Shown here in pieces: positions 14,245 to 26,556 of a stretch of DNA of 64,000 bases. Each line of letters starts with the position of its first letter. The first letter of the stretch is position 1. Both the position numbers and the translations under genes were made by a program. The notes beneath the pieces were generated by a model. It was not told where the DNA came from and made no database searches. It saw only the letters and a program-made list of their open reading frames with translations. Source of the DNA: Adineta vaga (Eukaryota > Animalia > Rotifera); NCBI GenBank assembly GCA_021613535.1, contig CP075497.1, positions 7,378,001-7,442,000 on the forward strand, given 5' to 3'.

Positions 14245-14818
14245 GACGAGCTAAAATGTATCAAATGAAAGTAAAAAGAAAGAGACGTTGTACTACACGT
14301 ATGTGTTTTTTTCCTCCATATCGACTATAGATGAAGATGAAAAAGAAAAGGGGACGTATATTCTTTCTCTCTCCTTCTCTTACAGTGAACAACGAAAACG
14401 GATGCACACAATCTATGAACCGTGTCGCAACAACGCATCTCAACATAGTTGACTCTCGTCTGCCTACTCTTTCGTTTCATTTTTTTTTCTTGTACATAAA
14501 AAAAAAATGACGCGTCTTGTAAAAGAAACCGATCGCTCGACTGGCCTGGCAAATGTACATCCACCTACATATGCCTACCTATCTGATTGATAATTGGAGG
14601 ACATCGACGAGAATATTCATTATCATGACACGTTTGAGTGACAATATCCATTTTGTATCAATCAAAGACACATCAATCTAATCAATATAGATAGTTGTAC
14701 ATTTTTACATCTGAATGTGTACGTTAAATGCCTATTAATTGATTCAAGGTAATAACATGGCAATTAAATGTATATATTTTTCGCTCTTCTATGAACTCAA
14801 TTTGATGTTTTCCTTTAA

Positions 14819-15688
14819 TTAAAATAAATTAATTAAAAACACAATTAATAGAAAAATAACCACTATAAAAACGAACAATTTTGTTATTTTATTATGTCTC
14901 GTACGATTTCGATATGTTTGTAAATCAACAATTCGACGTGTTAAATCTCGTCTATCTTTTGATCCATTATAACCACATTCATTCGGAGGATAAATCAGTC
15001 GTATTTTTCCACTATCTCCATCATCTGTTATAGCAACAAATTTTTCATTACGTAATGAAGTATATTTACCAATTGGATAATCACCATGTGCACATCCATT
15101 TGATTCGATATCATATCTTTCTAATAACTGTTCCGCACGATCAACATAATCGAGATATCGATCTAGTGGAATTTCATCCTTTTCAGTTAAATCATGCATT
15201 GCATAGATATCGTTCGACGATGATAAAGTCCAATCAATCATTTCTATCGGTTTATATGAATCTTGACATGAATAGAGCATTGTTTGCTTGGGTTTCAAAA
15301 GCGTATTTTCATAGAGAAGTATATAAACAGTAATTTCTCTTCCGCGCATATGGTCCGGCCATACATTTTCATAATCTTTCCAATGATCAGGATATCGAGC
15401 CTTTAAACCCACGGGTAATTTCATATCAAAATACAATTCTGAAAGTAGATTAAACGCAAGAGGGATATCACGTGGTCGAATTGAAAAATGAACTTTCCAG
15501 TCAGCTGTTATATGTTCACTAGTCGCTTGTGCTAGCCAATAACGTCGGGCAGTAAGAGTAAACAAGCGAACAAATGAATTCGATGCACCTAAATAATAGT
15601 CTGATCGATGAAGCATTCGATTTTCTTCTAATAATCGTGTATAATCAAAGTAGAATTCTTCTTGCATTGTTTCGTTATCCTGTTTCAT
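14819..15688 (-). CDS. Putative phosphothreonine lyase (OspF/SpvC/HopAI1; LanL-lyase fold), intronless, C-terminal TM anchor
   Basis: Motifs WKVHFSI, PLAFNLLSEL, GLKA, GREITVY, GCAHGDY and KYTSLRNE occur in the same order and similar spacing as SpvC DKFHISV, PQAFQALSGL, KWKV, GAQFTLY, QCPESDV and KYLSYRNE (SpvC recalled from memory). Confidence 0.75.
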   Translation of the reverse strand: MKQDNETMQEEFYFDYTRLLEENRMLHRSDYYLGASNSFVRLFTLTARRYWLAQATSEHITADWKVHFSIRPRDIPLAFNLLSELYFDMKLPVGLKARYPDHWKDYENVWPDHMRGREITVYILLYENTLLKPKQTMLYSCQDSYKPIEMIDWTLSSSNDIYAMHDLTEKDEIPLDRYLDYVDRAEQLLERYDIESNGCAHGDYPIGKYTSLRNEKFVAITDDGDSGKIRLIYPPNECGYNGSKDRRDLTRRIVDLQTYRNRTRHNKITKLFVFIVVIFLLIVFLINLF

Positions 15689-15836
15689 TTTTTTCCGTCA
15701 ATGATACGTAGATTTCGGTTTGTTTTATTATTTCATTTCTTTTCTCTTTTCTTTTATTTATGCCAAGAACAAAAAAACGTAACAATGATGAGTCAACAAT
15801 GACACACAGAACAAAATTTTTCTTTTTTTCTCTCTT

Positions 15837-18800
15837 CTATTCATCCGAATCATCGAACTTAATTGAAAACGTGTTCACTGAATCGATTTTTCCACCATGA
15901 TATGAACCACGTTTCTTTTTCGTTTTCTCATGGCGAAAACTTTTGCCACGAGTATTGATTAAATCAGCATTCGCTTTCTCACCCCATGAGCCACGTGCAC
16001 CAGCCTATTTAAATGCCGAAAGTATTATAAACAAAAGTTTCAAGATCATGCTTACTTTTTGATCGAAAGCGTTTTTACCAATTTTTTTCAAATATTCTGG
16101 ATCAGCGTCTTCTTCTCGAACACGTCGAAAGGGTGATGTTTTACGCTAAAAAATTAAGAAAATACAAATTTCTATTTGAGGATATCGATGAATCATTCGA
16201 CATACCTTTTGTCTATTATTTTCTTCTGCAACAGTCACCTAAATAAATATTTATCATTCGAATACAGATAAATAAAAAGTAGATCAAAACTAACATCATT
16301 CGTGTGAACGTTTTTCATTGGTTTTTCATCGTCTGAGTCAGCACTTGATGATGACGATGCTTTACGTTTCGTACTACCATTTCCATTAATTGTTGTTATA
16401 GATGATTTATTGAGACCTGCACCTGAAGGAAAAAGTAAATGACCTCAATTTAGGGAAGCAATCAAAATTAATTGTACATACCATTGACGGCAGGTTTTTG
16501 CAGTGATTTATTATTGATTTTTGGTTTATCATCGTCTGAATCACTGCTACTGCTACTACTTGATGCCACAGGTTTCTTGTTAGTTGAGAGATTCACGGAT
16601 TGTACCGTTGGTTTAGTGAGAGTAGCAGACTTTTTTGTTGTTGGACTATTACCCTCATCTGACTCAGAATCACTACTACTTGATGGTGCAGCTTTTTTGA
16701 CCGCTTGTTGAGTAGGTTTAGCAGGAGTTGTTGTTTTGGCTGGTACAACTGATGTTTTCTTACTTTTATCATCATCAGATGAATCAGATGATGATGAATC
16801 TTTTTTCTTATTATTATTGAGCTTAACAGATGATGGCACTGTAGTTTTGGGTGCAACTAGAACATGAAATAGTAGATATATAGAAGAGGAAAAAACCATA
16901 TGTAACTACTTTTAGTTGGTGTTGATGGAGGTTGTTTTTTATTTGCAGTTGGTGCAACATCATCTGAATCTGAACTTGAACTACTGGATGAAGGTGCCTT
17001 GCGTTTGATTGGTTGAGCAGAATTTGTAACAGTTGGTTTGCTTGGTTTTTTCTTTGTGTCTTCATCAGAAGAGTCTGATGAAGATGATGTATCTTGTTTT
17101 TTCTTATTTGCTTGAACAGCAGGCTTGGCGATCGATGCAGTGACAGGTGTTTTAACTGTTGAAGTTTGTTGAACTGTTTTTTTCTGAGCAGACTTATCAT
17201 CATCTGAATCACTGCTACTACTTGAACTAGCAGTCTTTTTTACTATCGGTGCTGATTTAATAGTTGTAACTGGTTTCTTCTTGTCATCATCGGATGAAGC
17301 AGAATCTGAAGATGATGTATCTTTCTTCTTGTTATTTGTTACAGCAGATTTCTTGACGACTGGTGTTACAACAGCTGTGATAGACACATACAATTCGTTA
17401 TTCAACTAAAATTTCACAAATCAATCTTACCAGGTTTTGTTGAAGCTGCTTTTTTTGTCGTAGTGTCATCATCTGAATCACTACTACTACTACTCGATGG
17501 AGCAGGTCGCTTAGCCGAAGGAACAATTGGTGTGGATGTTAATATTGGTTTCACAGCTGCTGCTGCTGCTGCTACAGTCGGTTTCTTCTTAGTCTTTTCA
17601 TCTTCACTTGATGTATCACTACTATCAGATGAACTTGCCTTCTTTTTATTCACCACTGCTGCTGTACTTTTCGCCACTGGTGTTGTTGTTGCTACTACAA
17701 ATCCAAAAGAAACTATCATACTTGATCATCAAAGATTTCTACTACCTTTGGCAACAACTGGTTTCGATTTTACATCATCATCGGAGTCAGAATCACTACT
17801 GCTTGACGGTGCTGCTTTCTTGACTGGTTGTGGAACAGTTTTAGCAGCTGGTGTTGATGCTGGTGCTTTTTTCTGTGTACTAGCGTCGTCTGATGAACTC
17901 GAATCGGATGAACTATCTTTCTTCTTGGTTGTTGTCAAACTAGCTGGTGGTGGTATCGCAGCTTTTGGTATAACTGAAATGATGGTAGAGATATTACATT
18001 CTTGTCAATCAGTTGAAACAAGATTGATATACCTTTCGAAACTAATTGTGTTTTCTTCTGTGGTTGATTGTCATCGTCTGAATCAGAATCACTACTACTT
18101 GATGGTGCAGCTTTTTTGACCGGTTGTTGAGATGGTTTAGTAGTAGGTACTGATTTGACGGGTGTTTGTTTTTTGATCTTGTTCGTATCATCGTCAGATG
18201 AATCAGAATCTGAAGATGAATCTTTTTTCTTGTTACTTGTTTTGCTAGCTGGTGGTGGTACATTAGCTAAAGAAAGACGAGTGAATATAAGTGATGTATG
18301 ATAAATATCCAATCATATACCTTTTGAGACTATTGGTGCTTTATTTGTAGGTTTTTTATCATCATCTGAATCACTGCTGCTACTCGAAGAAGCAGCTTTC
18401 TTGGCCACTGGTTGAGATGGTTTAGCAACTGTTGTTGGTTTAACTGGTGCTTTTTTCTGAGCATCATCATCTGATGAATCAGTATCAGAAGATGAATCTT
18501 TCTTTTTAGCAGTAGCTACAGTTGCTGGTGGTGGTACAGCAGCTCTTTTTATAGGTGAAGTTGTAACTATGATAAAGCAAAGATACTCAAAGAGTTCATT
18601 TGAATGATGTTTTTATGTACCTTTTTTGACAGTAGAAGTCTTATCATCTGAATCACTACTACTCGAGCTACTTGATGCCTTCGCTTGGATCTTTGGAACA
18701 ACAGCAGCTGGTTTAACTGCCAAGGTTGGTTTCTTTTTATTATCATCTGACGAATCAGATGATGATGATGATGATGAATCTTGTTTCTTCTTGTTGGCAG

Positions 18801-20884
18801 CATTTATTGGTGTTGTTGGAACTAAATGTTCGCATAAAGTATATTTTACAGAAAATTTAAACTAATACCTTTCGCAGCTGTTACAGTTGATTGTTTCTTA
18901 TTTATTGCTGGTTTAACATCAGAATCACTACTGCTAGAACTGCTAGATTTGCTTGATTTCTTTGCAACAACTGGATTCACTTTAACTGGTTTTTTGTCTG
19001 TACTATCATCTGAAGAATCTGAATCCGATGATTCTTTTGTTTTTTTATTAACCAAAGTAGATGATGGTGTTACAGCATTCTTCTTCACTGGTGTTGTAGG
19101 AACAGCAGCTATAACATGAAATACTATGATTTAAACTTAAATTTGATAAATATATACCTGGAACTTTCACTTGTTTCTTATTGTCATCCGAATCACTGCT
19201 ACTGCTACTACTTGACGCTGCTGGTTTCTTTGCTGAAATAGGAGCAGCACTTTTTGGTTTAACTGAGACTGCTATAACTGGTTTTTTAACATTGTCATCT
19301 GACGAATCCGAATCAGACGAAGAAGATTTAGCTGCCTTTTGATTCTTATTCACTGTAGCGCCTATCGGTTTTACGGTTGATGTTGTTGCTAGTGCTGAAA
19401 AAATAGATAGCAACGAAATTCATTCGCATCATTGAACATTTGATCGTTACTTTTAAGTGGACTCTTTTTTGTCGCAGGTGATGTTTCTTCTTCGGAATCA
19501 CTGCTGCTTGAACTGCTAACCTTTTTGATTGTTGATGGAGTTACATTACTTTTCGCTGCCGCTGGTGTAGTTTGGACTTTTTTCTTATTATCATCTGATG
19601 AATCAGAATCTGAAGACGATGTATCCTTCTTCTTATTGTTGGTTACAGCAGGCTTTTTCGCGACTGGTGTGGATGTTAATGCTACAGTCGGTTTCTTCTT
19701 AGTCTTTTCATCTTCACTTGATGTATCACTACTATCAGATGAACTTGCCTTCTTTTTATTCACCACTGCTGGTGTACTTTTCGCCACTGGTGTTGCTGTT
19801 GCTACTACAAATCCAAAAGAAACTATCATACTTGATCATCAAAGATTTGTACTACCTTTGGCAACAACTGGCTTCGCTTTTGCATCATCATCGGAGTCAG
19901 AATCACTACTGCTTGACGGTGCTGCTTTCTTGACTGGCTGTGGAACAGTTTTAGCAGCTGGTGTTGATGCTGGTGCTTTTTTCTGTGTACTAGCGTCGTC
20001 TGATGAACTCGAATCGGATGAACTATCTTTCTTCTTGGTTGTTGTCAAACTAGCTGGTGGTGGTATCGCAGCTTTTGGTATAACTGAAATGATGGTAGAG
20101 ATATTACATTCTTGTCAATCAGTTGAAACAAGATTGATATACCTTTCGAGACTAATTGTGTTTTCTTCTGTGGTTGATTGTCATCGTCTGAATCAGAATC
20201 ACTACTACTTGATGGTGCAGCTTTTTTGACCGGTTGTTGAGATGGTTTAGTAGTAGGTGCTGATTTGACGGGTGTTTGTTTTTTGTTCTGGTTTGTATCA
20301 TCGTCAGATGAATCAGAATCTGAAGATGAATCTTTTTTCTTGTTACTTGTTTTGCTAGCTGGTGGTGGTGGTATCGCCGCCTTCTTAACAACTGATGCTC
20401 CGTTAACTATAAGAATAAGTGAATTCAGTAAGAAAAGAGATAGAAAATTGATTATCACCTTTGGTTGGTGTTGATGGAGGTTGTTTCTTATTAGCAGGTG
20501 GTGCAACATCATCTGAGTCTGAACTTGAGCTACTTGATGCTGCTGCTTTTCGTTTCAAATCAACTTTGACTGGTTGAACAGTTGGAGTAGTTTTTGAATT
20601 TGTCGATGGTTTCTTGGTATCTTCATCAGAGGAATCCGACGAAGATGATGAATCTTGTTTTTTCTTATTTCCATTTGTAAATGGAACAGCCTTTGGTGCC
20701 GAAATTGGGACCTTTTTTTGAACTTGAGTAGAAACTAAATTATCATTTGTCAATATCCTTATCAAAGTACAAAGAAATATTTCTTACTTCCTTTCTTTAT
20801 TGGTTGATCATCATCGGAATCATCACTGCTAGATGATTGCCTTGATGGAACTGTTTTTGTTTGTGAATCAGCAAGTTTAACCAT
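15837..20884 (-). CDS. NOLC1: Nucleolar and coiled-body phosphoprotein Nopp140 (SRP40 C-terminal domain), many exons
   Basis: Alternating SSSDSDSDD acidic and K/P/A/T basic repeats. C-terminal SPFRRVRE...[37 protein letters not shown]...SIKFDDSDE* is SRP40_C. Confidence 0.93.
17571..20369. repeat. Intragenic duplication in NOLC1: about 17571-18259 repeated at about 19681-20369 (offset 2110), introns included
   Basis: Near-identical ORF pairs 17608/19718 and 17729/19839. Intron sequences are near-identical, e.g. caaatccaaaagaaactatcatacttgatcatcaaagattt. Confidence 0.92.
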
Positions 20885-21064
20885 CTAAAACTTTCAAATA
20901 TATGCATATATTTGTGTGCTTAGGAAATAAATAAATAAATAAATAAATCGACATTCTTTATGCCATAGAAATATAAACTAATTAAATAAAAATAAACGAA
21001 CAAAGAACCAAAAATTTTCAACAAACACAAGATCCATCTGACCCTAACAAATTGGTCACTTCGA

Positions 21065-23046
21065 TCAAAAATATTCGCATTTCATTATAAACAATTGATT
21101 TTCTTCACGTTTGATATATGTTAATATTCGATCTATACATACAGTTACTGTTTCCAATGTAACTAACGGCGAAAAGACGGCATGCATTTCAAAACCTGGT
21201 GCTAACTAAAATGAAATAGAAAACATTATTTTGAATAAAATTATTTTGTTTCGTATTACTAACCCATCCTAATAATGATTCATGTTCTCCACTAAAGTAC
21301 ACAATTTTTAATTGATGATTTGGATCATGTAAACGACCGTACACATATCGAATCAATTCAAATAATCGAACATGTTGTTCTTTAGTGGTATAAGGAGTCA
21401 ATAGTTTTGAGGATGTATATTGACTCAAACCACGTGATTTATAAGCGAAGTATCGTAATTCACTGCAGCCGATTTCTTCCGTTAATGAACGATCTTTTTC
21501 CAAGGCATTTTTAATTTGTACAAGTGCATTGAGTTTCTTTAATTTCTAAAATTAACACAAAGAATAACAAAATTCTGATAAGGAAATATCATATGATATT
21601 TACATCTCCAATCTTCTGTTTAAAGTCTGAAAGTATTTGAAAATGTTCTGGATTCACTGTCATTAATACCAAACATACATCACAACCATCATCAAGATAT
21701 GATATATGTGCATGAAGACAACCTCTGAAAACAAATCACGAAAAGAAAGAAAATTGAACGATTATTTCATAGGATTTATTTCAATCTACAAACCCAGAAT
21801 CAAATCTTGGTAAACATACTGGTACCCATGATTCTACACCTTTGAATGCATCAGAACTATTGACAAGATTAATAAGAAGATAAAGATCAGATGGATGTAA
21901 ATGATAATTTTTTAAACGTGCTATAGATACGAGATGACCATGAGCGAGAATAATGGCGAATATCATATCCTAAAGAAATCGTTATATATATATTTTTGTT
22001 TTTTGAGAAGTCAAACTAAGATACCTTTTGACCGCGAATGATTTGTGCGACTGTGTGTCCAATTTGACTTCGAATATGAGTTGGTAACATTAAACATTTT
22101 GCACAAGTCATTACCATTCCTAGATCACGTTCATACATATCAATAATATTATGTAAAAGTTTTTTTTCTGCATTTGACAACCAACGACGTAAATCAAAGT
22201 TTGGTTGCACAGTAAATTTATGTTGAATACGACTTAATGTTAGAGTACTAATGATTTGATGATAAGTATAGGTTAATTGTTGGGTTAAACATAATGGATG
22301 TTCATTTGTATGAGAAATTAAAACGAATATTAAAGGTTCTCGATGTAAAAATGCAATACGACAACGACCCGCTTTTATATAATTCAATTGATTGGAATCC
22401 GTTAATTCAGAAATAGAAATTAGAGTTTGCACTACACCCACTAATGTTATTAAATGTTCTTCATCACCGTATCTACATAAACATATACTCAGAGTAAGTA
22501 TTTGATAAACTTTACGAGGAACTTACCTTGTAAAAACTGGTTTTCCATTTTCGCTGAGAACAAATAAATGTTTTATTTTACTTTTTAATAAATTGATATT
22601 TATTTCTTCATCATTATCTTGATTATTTTCCGCTTCTTCTTCTTCTTCGTCATTGTTTATGTTCGAAGCAATTGGTGTTGAATTAGTTCCACTAGTTGTT
22701 GTATCATCATCCGCAGAATAATAACTTGTTGTATCATCAGCTGCTATCTATATATCACTGAGGAAAACTAACAATTTAATTCCCCAAAAAATTTTTCGAT
22801 TAGAATCACTCTTACGGTATTCGATGAATCATTGGTAGTTATTGTTTGTGATGGACGTACGGAATTTCTTCGTATTAAATTAATTAAACCACTGGATGGT
22901 TCATTTTCATCATCGAATATAGCTGATTCTTCTCGATTTTCTTGTAGATTTTCATATGATGGCAATGATTCCAGTATACTTGTTAATTCTTCAACACTTT
23001 CATTATGTTTTGGTTGTAAGAGATTAACAACAGAACTCGTCATCAT
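21065..23046 (-). CDS. MON1: Vacuolar fusion protein MON1
   Basis: KHLFVLSENGKPVFTRYGDEE, LTYTYHQIISTLT, NFDLRRWL, LHPSDLYLLINLV, ESWVPVCLPRFDS and LRYFAYKSR are MON1 longin-domain motifs. Confidence 0.92.
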
Positions 23047-23112
23047 CTACAAAGACAAAAAAAAACAAACAAATGAATGAATTTCTTTTCTTTTTAAAAA
23101 AATATGTATATG

Positions 23113-23691
23113 TTAATCTGTTGATGTTTTATGACGTGTTCTTCGTTTACGTTTTGTTACACGTGTTCTATTATCGAATTGTAAACGTGAAAAAGGTTTT
23201 TTATTGAATTTTTTTCGTATTGTTTTTCCTAATGTTGTGCCATGTTTAGGTTCGTTATCTTCATTTATCGATTTCGTTTTATTTTCATCATCATTATCAT
23301 CATCTTCTGGATCTATTTCACCATCTTCTAAAGGATTTACATCTTGTTTGAGACCATATTTGATCATTAATGGTTCGATGCGTTTATTGTAATTTTGAAA
23401 AGATAATCGTGTATAGTTACGATCATAAATTGAAAAGACACTATTGCGATAGATTATTGATGGATGATTGGAATTTATCGTGGAGATTTGTGGAGATGAT
23501 GTGAGTTCATTTTTAATAATACGCCAACAACCTGGATGATTAGGTGTGCTGATGAAAGCATTTGATGGCGGAAGAGAAGGAACTGATTGAGATGATGTTG
23601 TTGATGGTTTTTTTAAAGATTTTTTTCGAGATTCTGAAGTTCGCTGCATGAACTTCATATTTCGAAGGGTATTAGATAGATCCGACATCAT
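23113..23691 (-). CDS. MPHOSPH6: M-phase phosphoprotein 6 (exosome cofactor MPP6), single exon
   Basis: N-terminal LSNTLRNMKFMQR and central RLSFQNYNKRIEPLM match the MPP6 LS..L..MKFMqr and R.SF..fN..iE.lm motifs. Confidence 0.75.
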   Translation of the reverse strand: MMSDLSNTLRNMKFMQRTSESRKKSLKKPSTTSSQSVPSLPPSNAFISTPNHPGCWRIIKNELTSSPQISTINSNHPSIIYRNSVFSIYDRNYTRLSFQNYNKRIEPLMIKYGLKQDVNPLEDGEIDPEDDDNDDENKTKSINEDNEPKHGTTLGKTIRKKFNKKPFSRLQFDNRTRVTKRKRRTRHKTSTD

Positions 23692-25342
23692 TAGAAAAGA
23701 TAACAAATCAAAAGAAGAATTACTAAGAAAAGAAAATTGGAAATTTGTACGAAGATCAATTCGTGCACTTGCGCATGTTGTAAGTTATTTATTTATTCAT
23801 TGAAAAGGACCAAATTCCAATTGATCATAAGAAAATTCTTAGAACGAATCAATAAATCTTGTTTTATTATCAGAAAAGAATTTATTTTTAAAAAGATTTC
23901 TTTTTAAAAAATAGATTAAAGAAATAACTTATTTTTGAAATTGTTTATTGATGAAATAGAGACTTTATAGATGTCACTCTATTACAGATTCTTATTTTTA
24001 TTCTCTCTATATAGTGAAGCGTACAAAACAATTTCATCATGTTTTCGTGTCTAACAATGTTTTTTTGTGGCATTGTTCTTTTTTTAGCTGATTATTTCAA
24101 GTGAAAATTGCAAAATCAATACGAAAAACAGTATTTGGATTTAGGCAAATGACCGCTTTGTACTTAACGTTGAAATTAAACGTCGATGACTTTTTGTCTT
24201 TAAATTAGATAAACGAAATACGCAATCTATCTTCATTATTTTTCGATGAAGTCAATAATTTTGAAACAGTATGCTTTAATGATATTCTTCTCAGTCGTCA
24301 TTATCGAAAGGTGAATCTAAATGCTATATTGTGTTATTTCTCAATGAAATGACAATGATATTTAAGAAGATGCATATAAAATCATAAATTATTCTAATAC
24401 TATTTTATCTTAGTATTACTATGAAATATATATATATATAGAAGAAATTCAGTTAGTTATTGAAAAAGTTTCGTTCGTATGATGTTGATATGAGTTAGAA
24501 AAAAAGGCTTTCTTTTTTAGCCTGAGGTCAAAGACAAAAAGTGAATGTCATTTTTATTTCGAACTACGCAAAACGTTTTATAGTGACTTATTCGATGTCA
24601 TGTGAAAAAAAAAGAACTTTTTGTACAGTGCGATGTTTTCCGTTATGAAGTATTTCGATATCTGTAGTATAAACGATATGGAGTATATCATCTCATTAGT
24701 TGCATAAGAGTTAGTTTTGTTTTTCAGAAGAAATATAATATTCGAGTATCATTCATCGCCGTTCTTCTAAATGAGATTACTATTTTCTGTTAGTAGGAAA
24801 ACTGATAAATCTTCTTGTTCGTAATAAATAGTTGCAGCACAAAATAACCTTATGGACAAGACAAAGCACTGACAGTCAAAGGCTAAAATACTATTTGCTT
24901 TTTCAACCGAAATCTTTTCAAACACATACCCTGTTTTTCTTAATCGAACAAAATTGTTTTTGTCAAAACATATTTTCATAAAATACAACGTCTTATACAA
25001 TCTATTTGTAATTTACCACGTACAGAAGGAAACACTGAAGAATATTTTAGAGGATTTAAATCAGAAATTTTCTTTTTGTTTAGCAATTTATGTCTTTCCA
25101 TACGATATTCGTACGAATCGTGGTTGATTCTAGTCATCTGAACAGTTAATAGTACACTACTTGATTGTGTAATTAGTAAAAATAACAAATGTCTAATCGT
25201 TTCTTTTCTTTTTTTTCTTTACCTCTCTTCGTTTTCTTTTCTTATTCTCCTCGTCTAACATACATGTAAAAAACATTAGCATTCATTTTCGGTAAGTGAA
25301 ACATTCTTCAAAGTATTCTCAACGTTCTTAATCATTAACAAA

Positions 25343-26487
25343 ATGTTTCCTAAACAACGACCTGTGCCACCAGAAGTATCCGGTTGGATGGAGAAAGATC
25401 TAGCTATGGGAGAATTACAGGCAGCTACGCGATTTATAACTAATGATGCACGACAAAATATGATTGTTAGTCGACGCTTTTTTTCGGACTTATTAAGTTT
25501 ATCATTTGAACGTTATCGAAAAATATTAACATGTAATTTTGACAGGAAAAATTTCCTTAGAAATCAACGTGCAAAATCAGAAACATCCATGCCCGGTCTT
25601 CGTCCGTAAGTTGTTTTCTTTTTTCGAAGAAATTCCTTTCACAAAAGATCTTATTTATTCAGATATGTTGAACAATTAATATTTGAAACTGATGGAGTTG
25701 TACCAGGTGGAAGTCAAACGAATAGAAATGATGGAAATTCATTTACAAGTCCATCAACTCAATCACTATTCTATCGTCCTGAAACAAAATCTGATTTAAC
25801 ATTTAATCGAAGACCAGAATCTTCAATTACACGAGTAAAAACAGCACAAACAGTAAAATCTCAACCGGAAATGCTAACGAGTTCCATACCGATTAAACCT
25901 CTAAGTCAAAGACCTTTGACTGGAATTCAAACATCACGTGAACGATTCAGTTTGTCAACTCAAGGAAAAAAACCTCCTATTGATTTAACACCAGTTATTG
26001 CTTCAAAGAAACCCACACATCCACGATCGTAATACGTCAACAAATATCTCGTGAACGACTTGATTATTTAGCTCAACCAAAAAACTATCGATTAAAATCA
26101 GCAGGTATAAATCAGATTCGTCCGAATACTGTTGAACAACACCTCCCATCCAATGAAATACTTGGAGAATTTGATAAGATATCAAATGCTACACTTTCAC
26201 GAATGCAAAGTGCTTTACCCGACAAAACGAAACATGCAGTTCATGACGAACGTTTTCAACAATTAATGGATGTTTTTTCTGAAGTACATCAAGCGAAAAC
26301 ATTCAAATCCCAAACAGTTAAAAGTATTATTCAAAGTAATTCATCATTACAAGATGATAAAGGACGTTGGCGAACGATACGTCCAACGATTGCAAATTCT
26401 AAACCAACATTTCGCAATCGTCGTCAAAATCTTGCTGGTCAATTAAACAATAAATTAGATATATTTGTAATTGATGTTGGTGCATAA
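25343..26487 (+). CDS. Hypothetical protein (2 exons, intron about 25606-25662)
   Basis: ORF 25343-25605 splices to a continuous frame ending at 26487. The middle is S/T/P-rich; no domain recognised. Confidence 0.6.
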
Positions 26488-26556
26488 ATTCCGACTCATT
26501 TTATTTTTATTCTATACAAGCAGAGATTAATATATATATGTATTGAAAAAAAGAAA

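Noticed and set aside
12530-15333. Plus-strand ORFs 12530-12805, 12818-13093, 13582-13779 and 15055-15333
   Set aside because: Antisense to better supported minus-strand genes, with no motifs.
17463-20229. Long plus-strand ORFs of 218 and 234 aa (17463-18119, 19525-20229)
   Set aside because: They are antisense shadows of the low-complexity NOLC1 repeats and run through NOLC1 introns.
16468-20884. Periodic gaatcactactactt / tcatcatctga motifs resembling a repeat-spacer array
   Set aside because: They encode Ser/Asp runs of Nopp140 on the minus strand, with variable repeats and spacing. Not CRISPR.
24767-25188. Two short minus-strand ORFs as a possible transposon relic
   Set aside because: No transposase or RT motif, terminal repeats or convincing splice structure.
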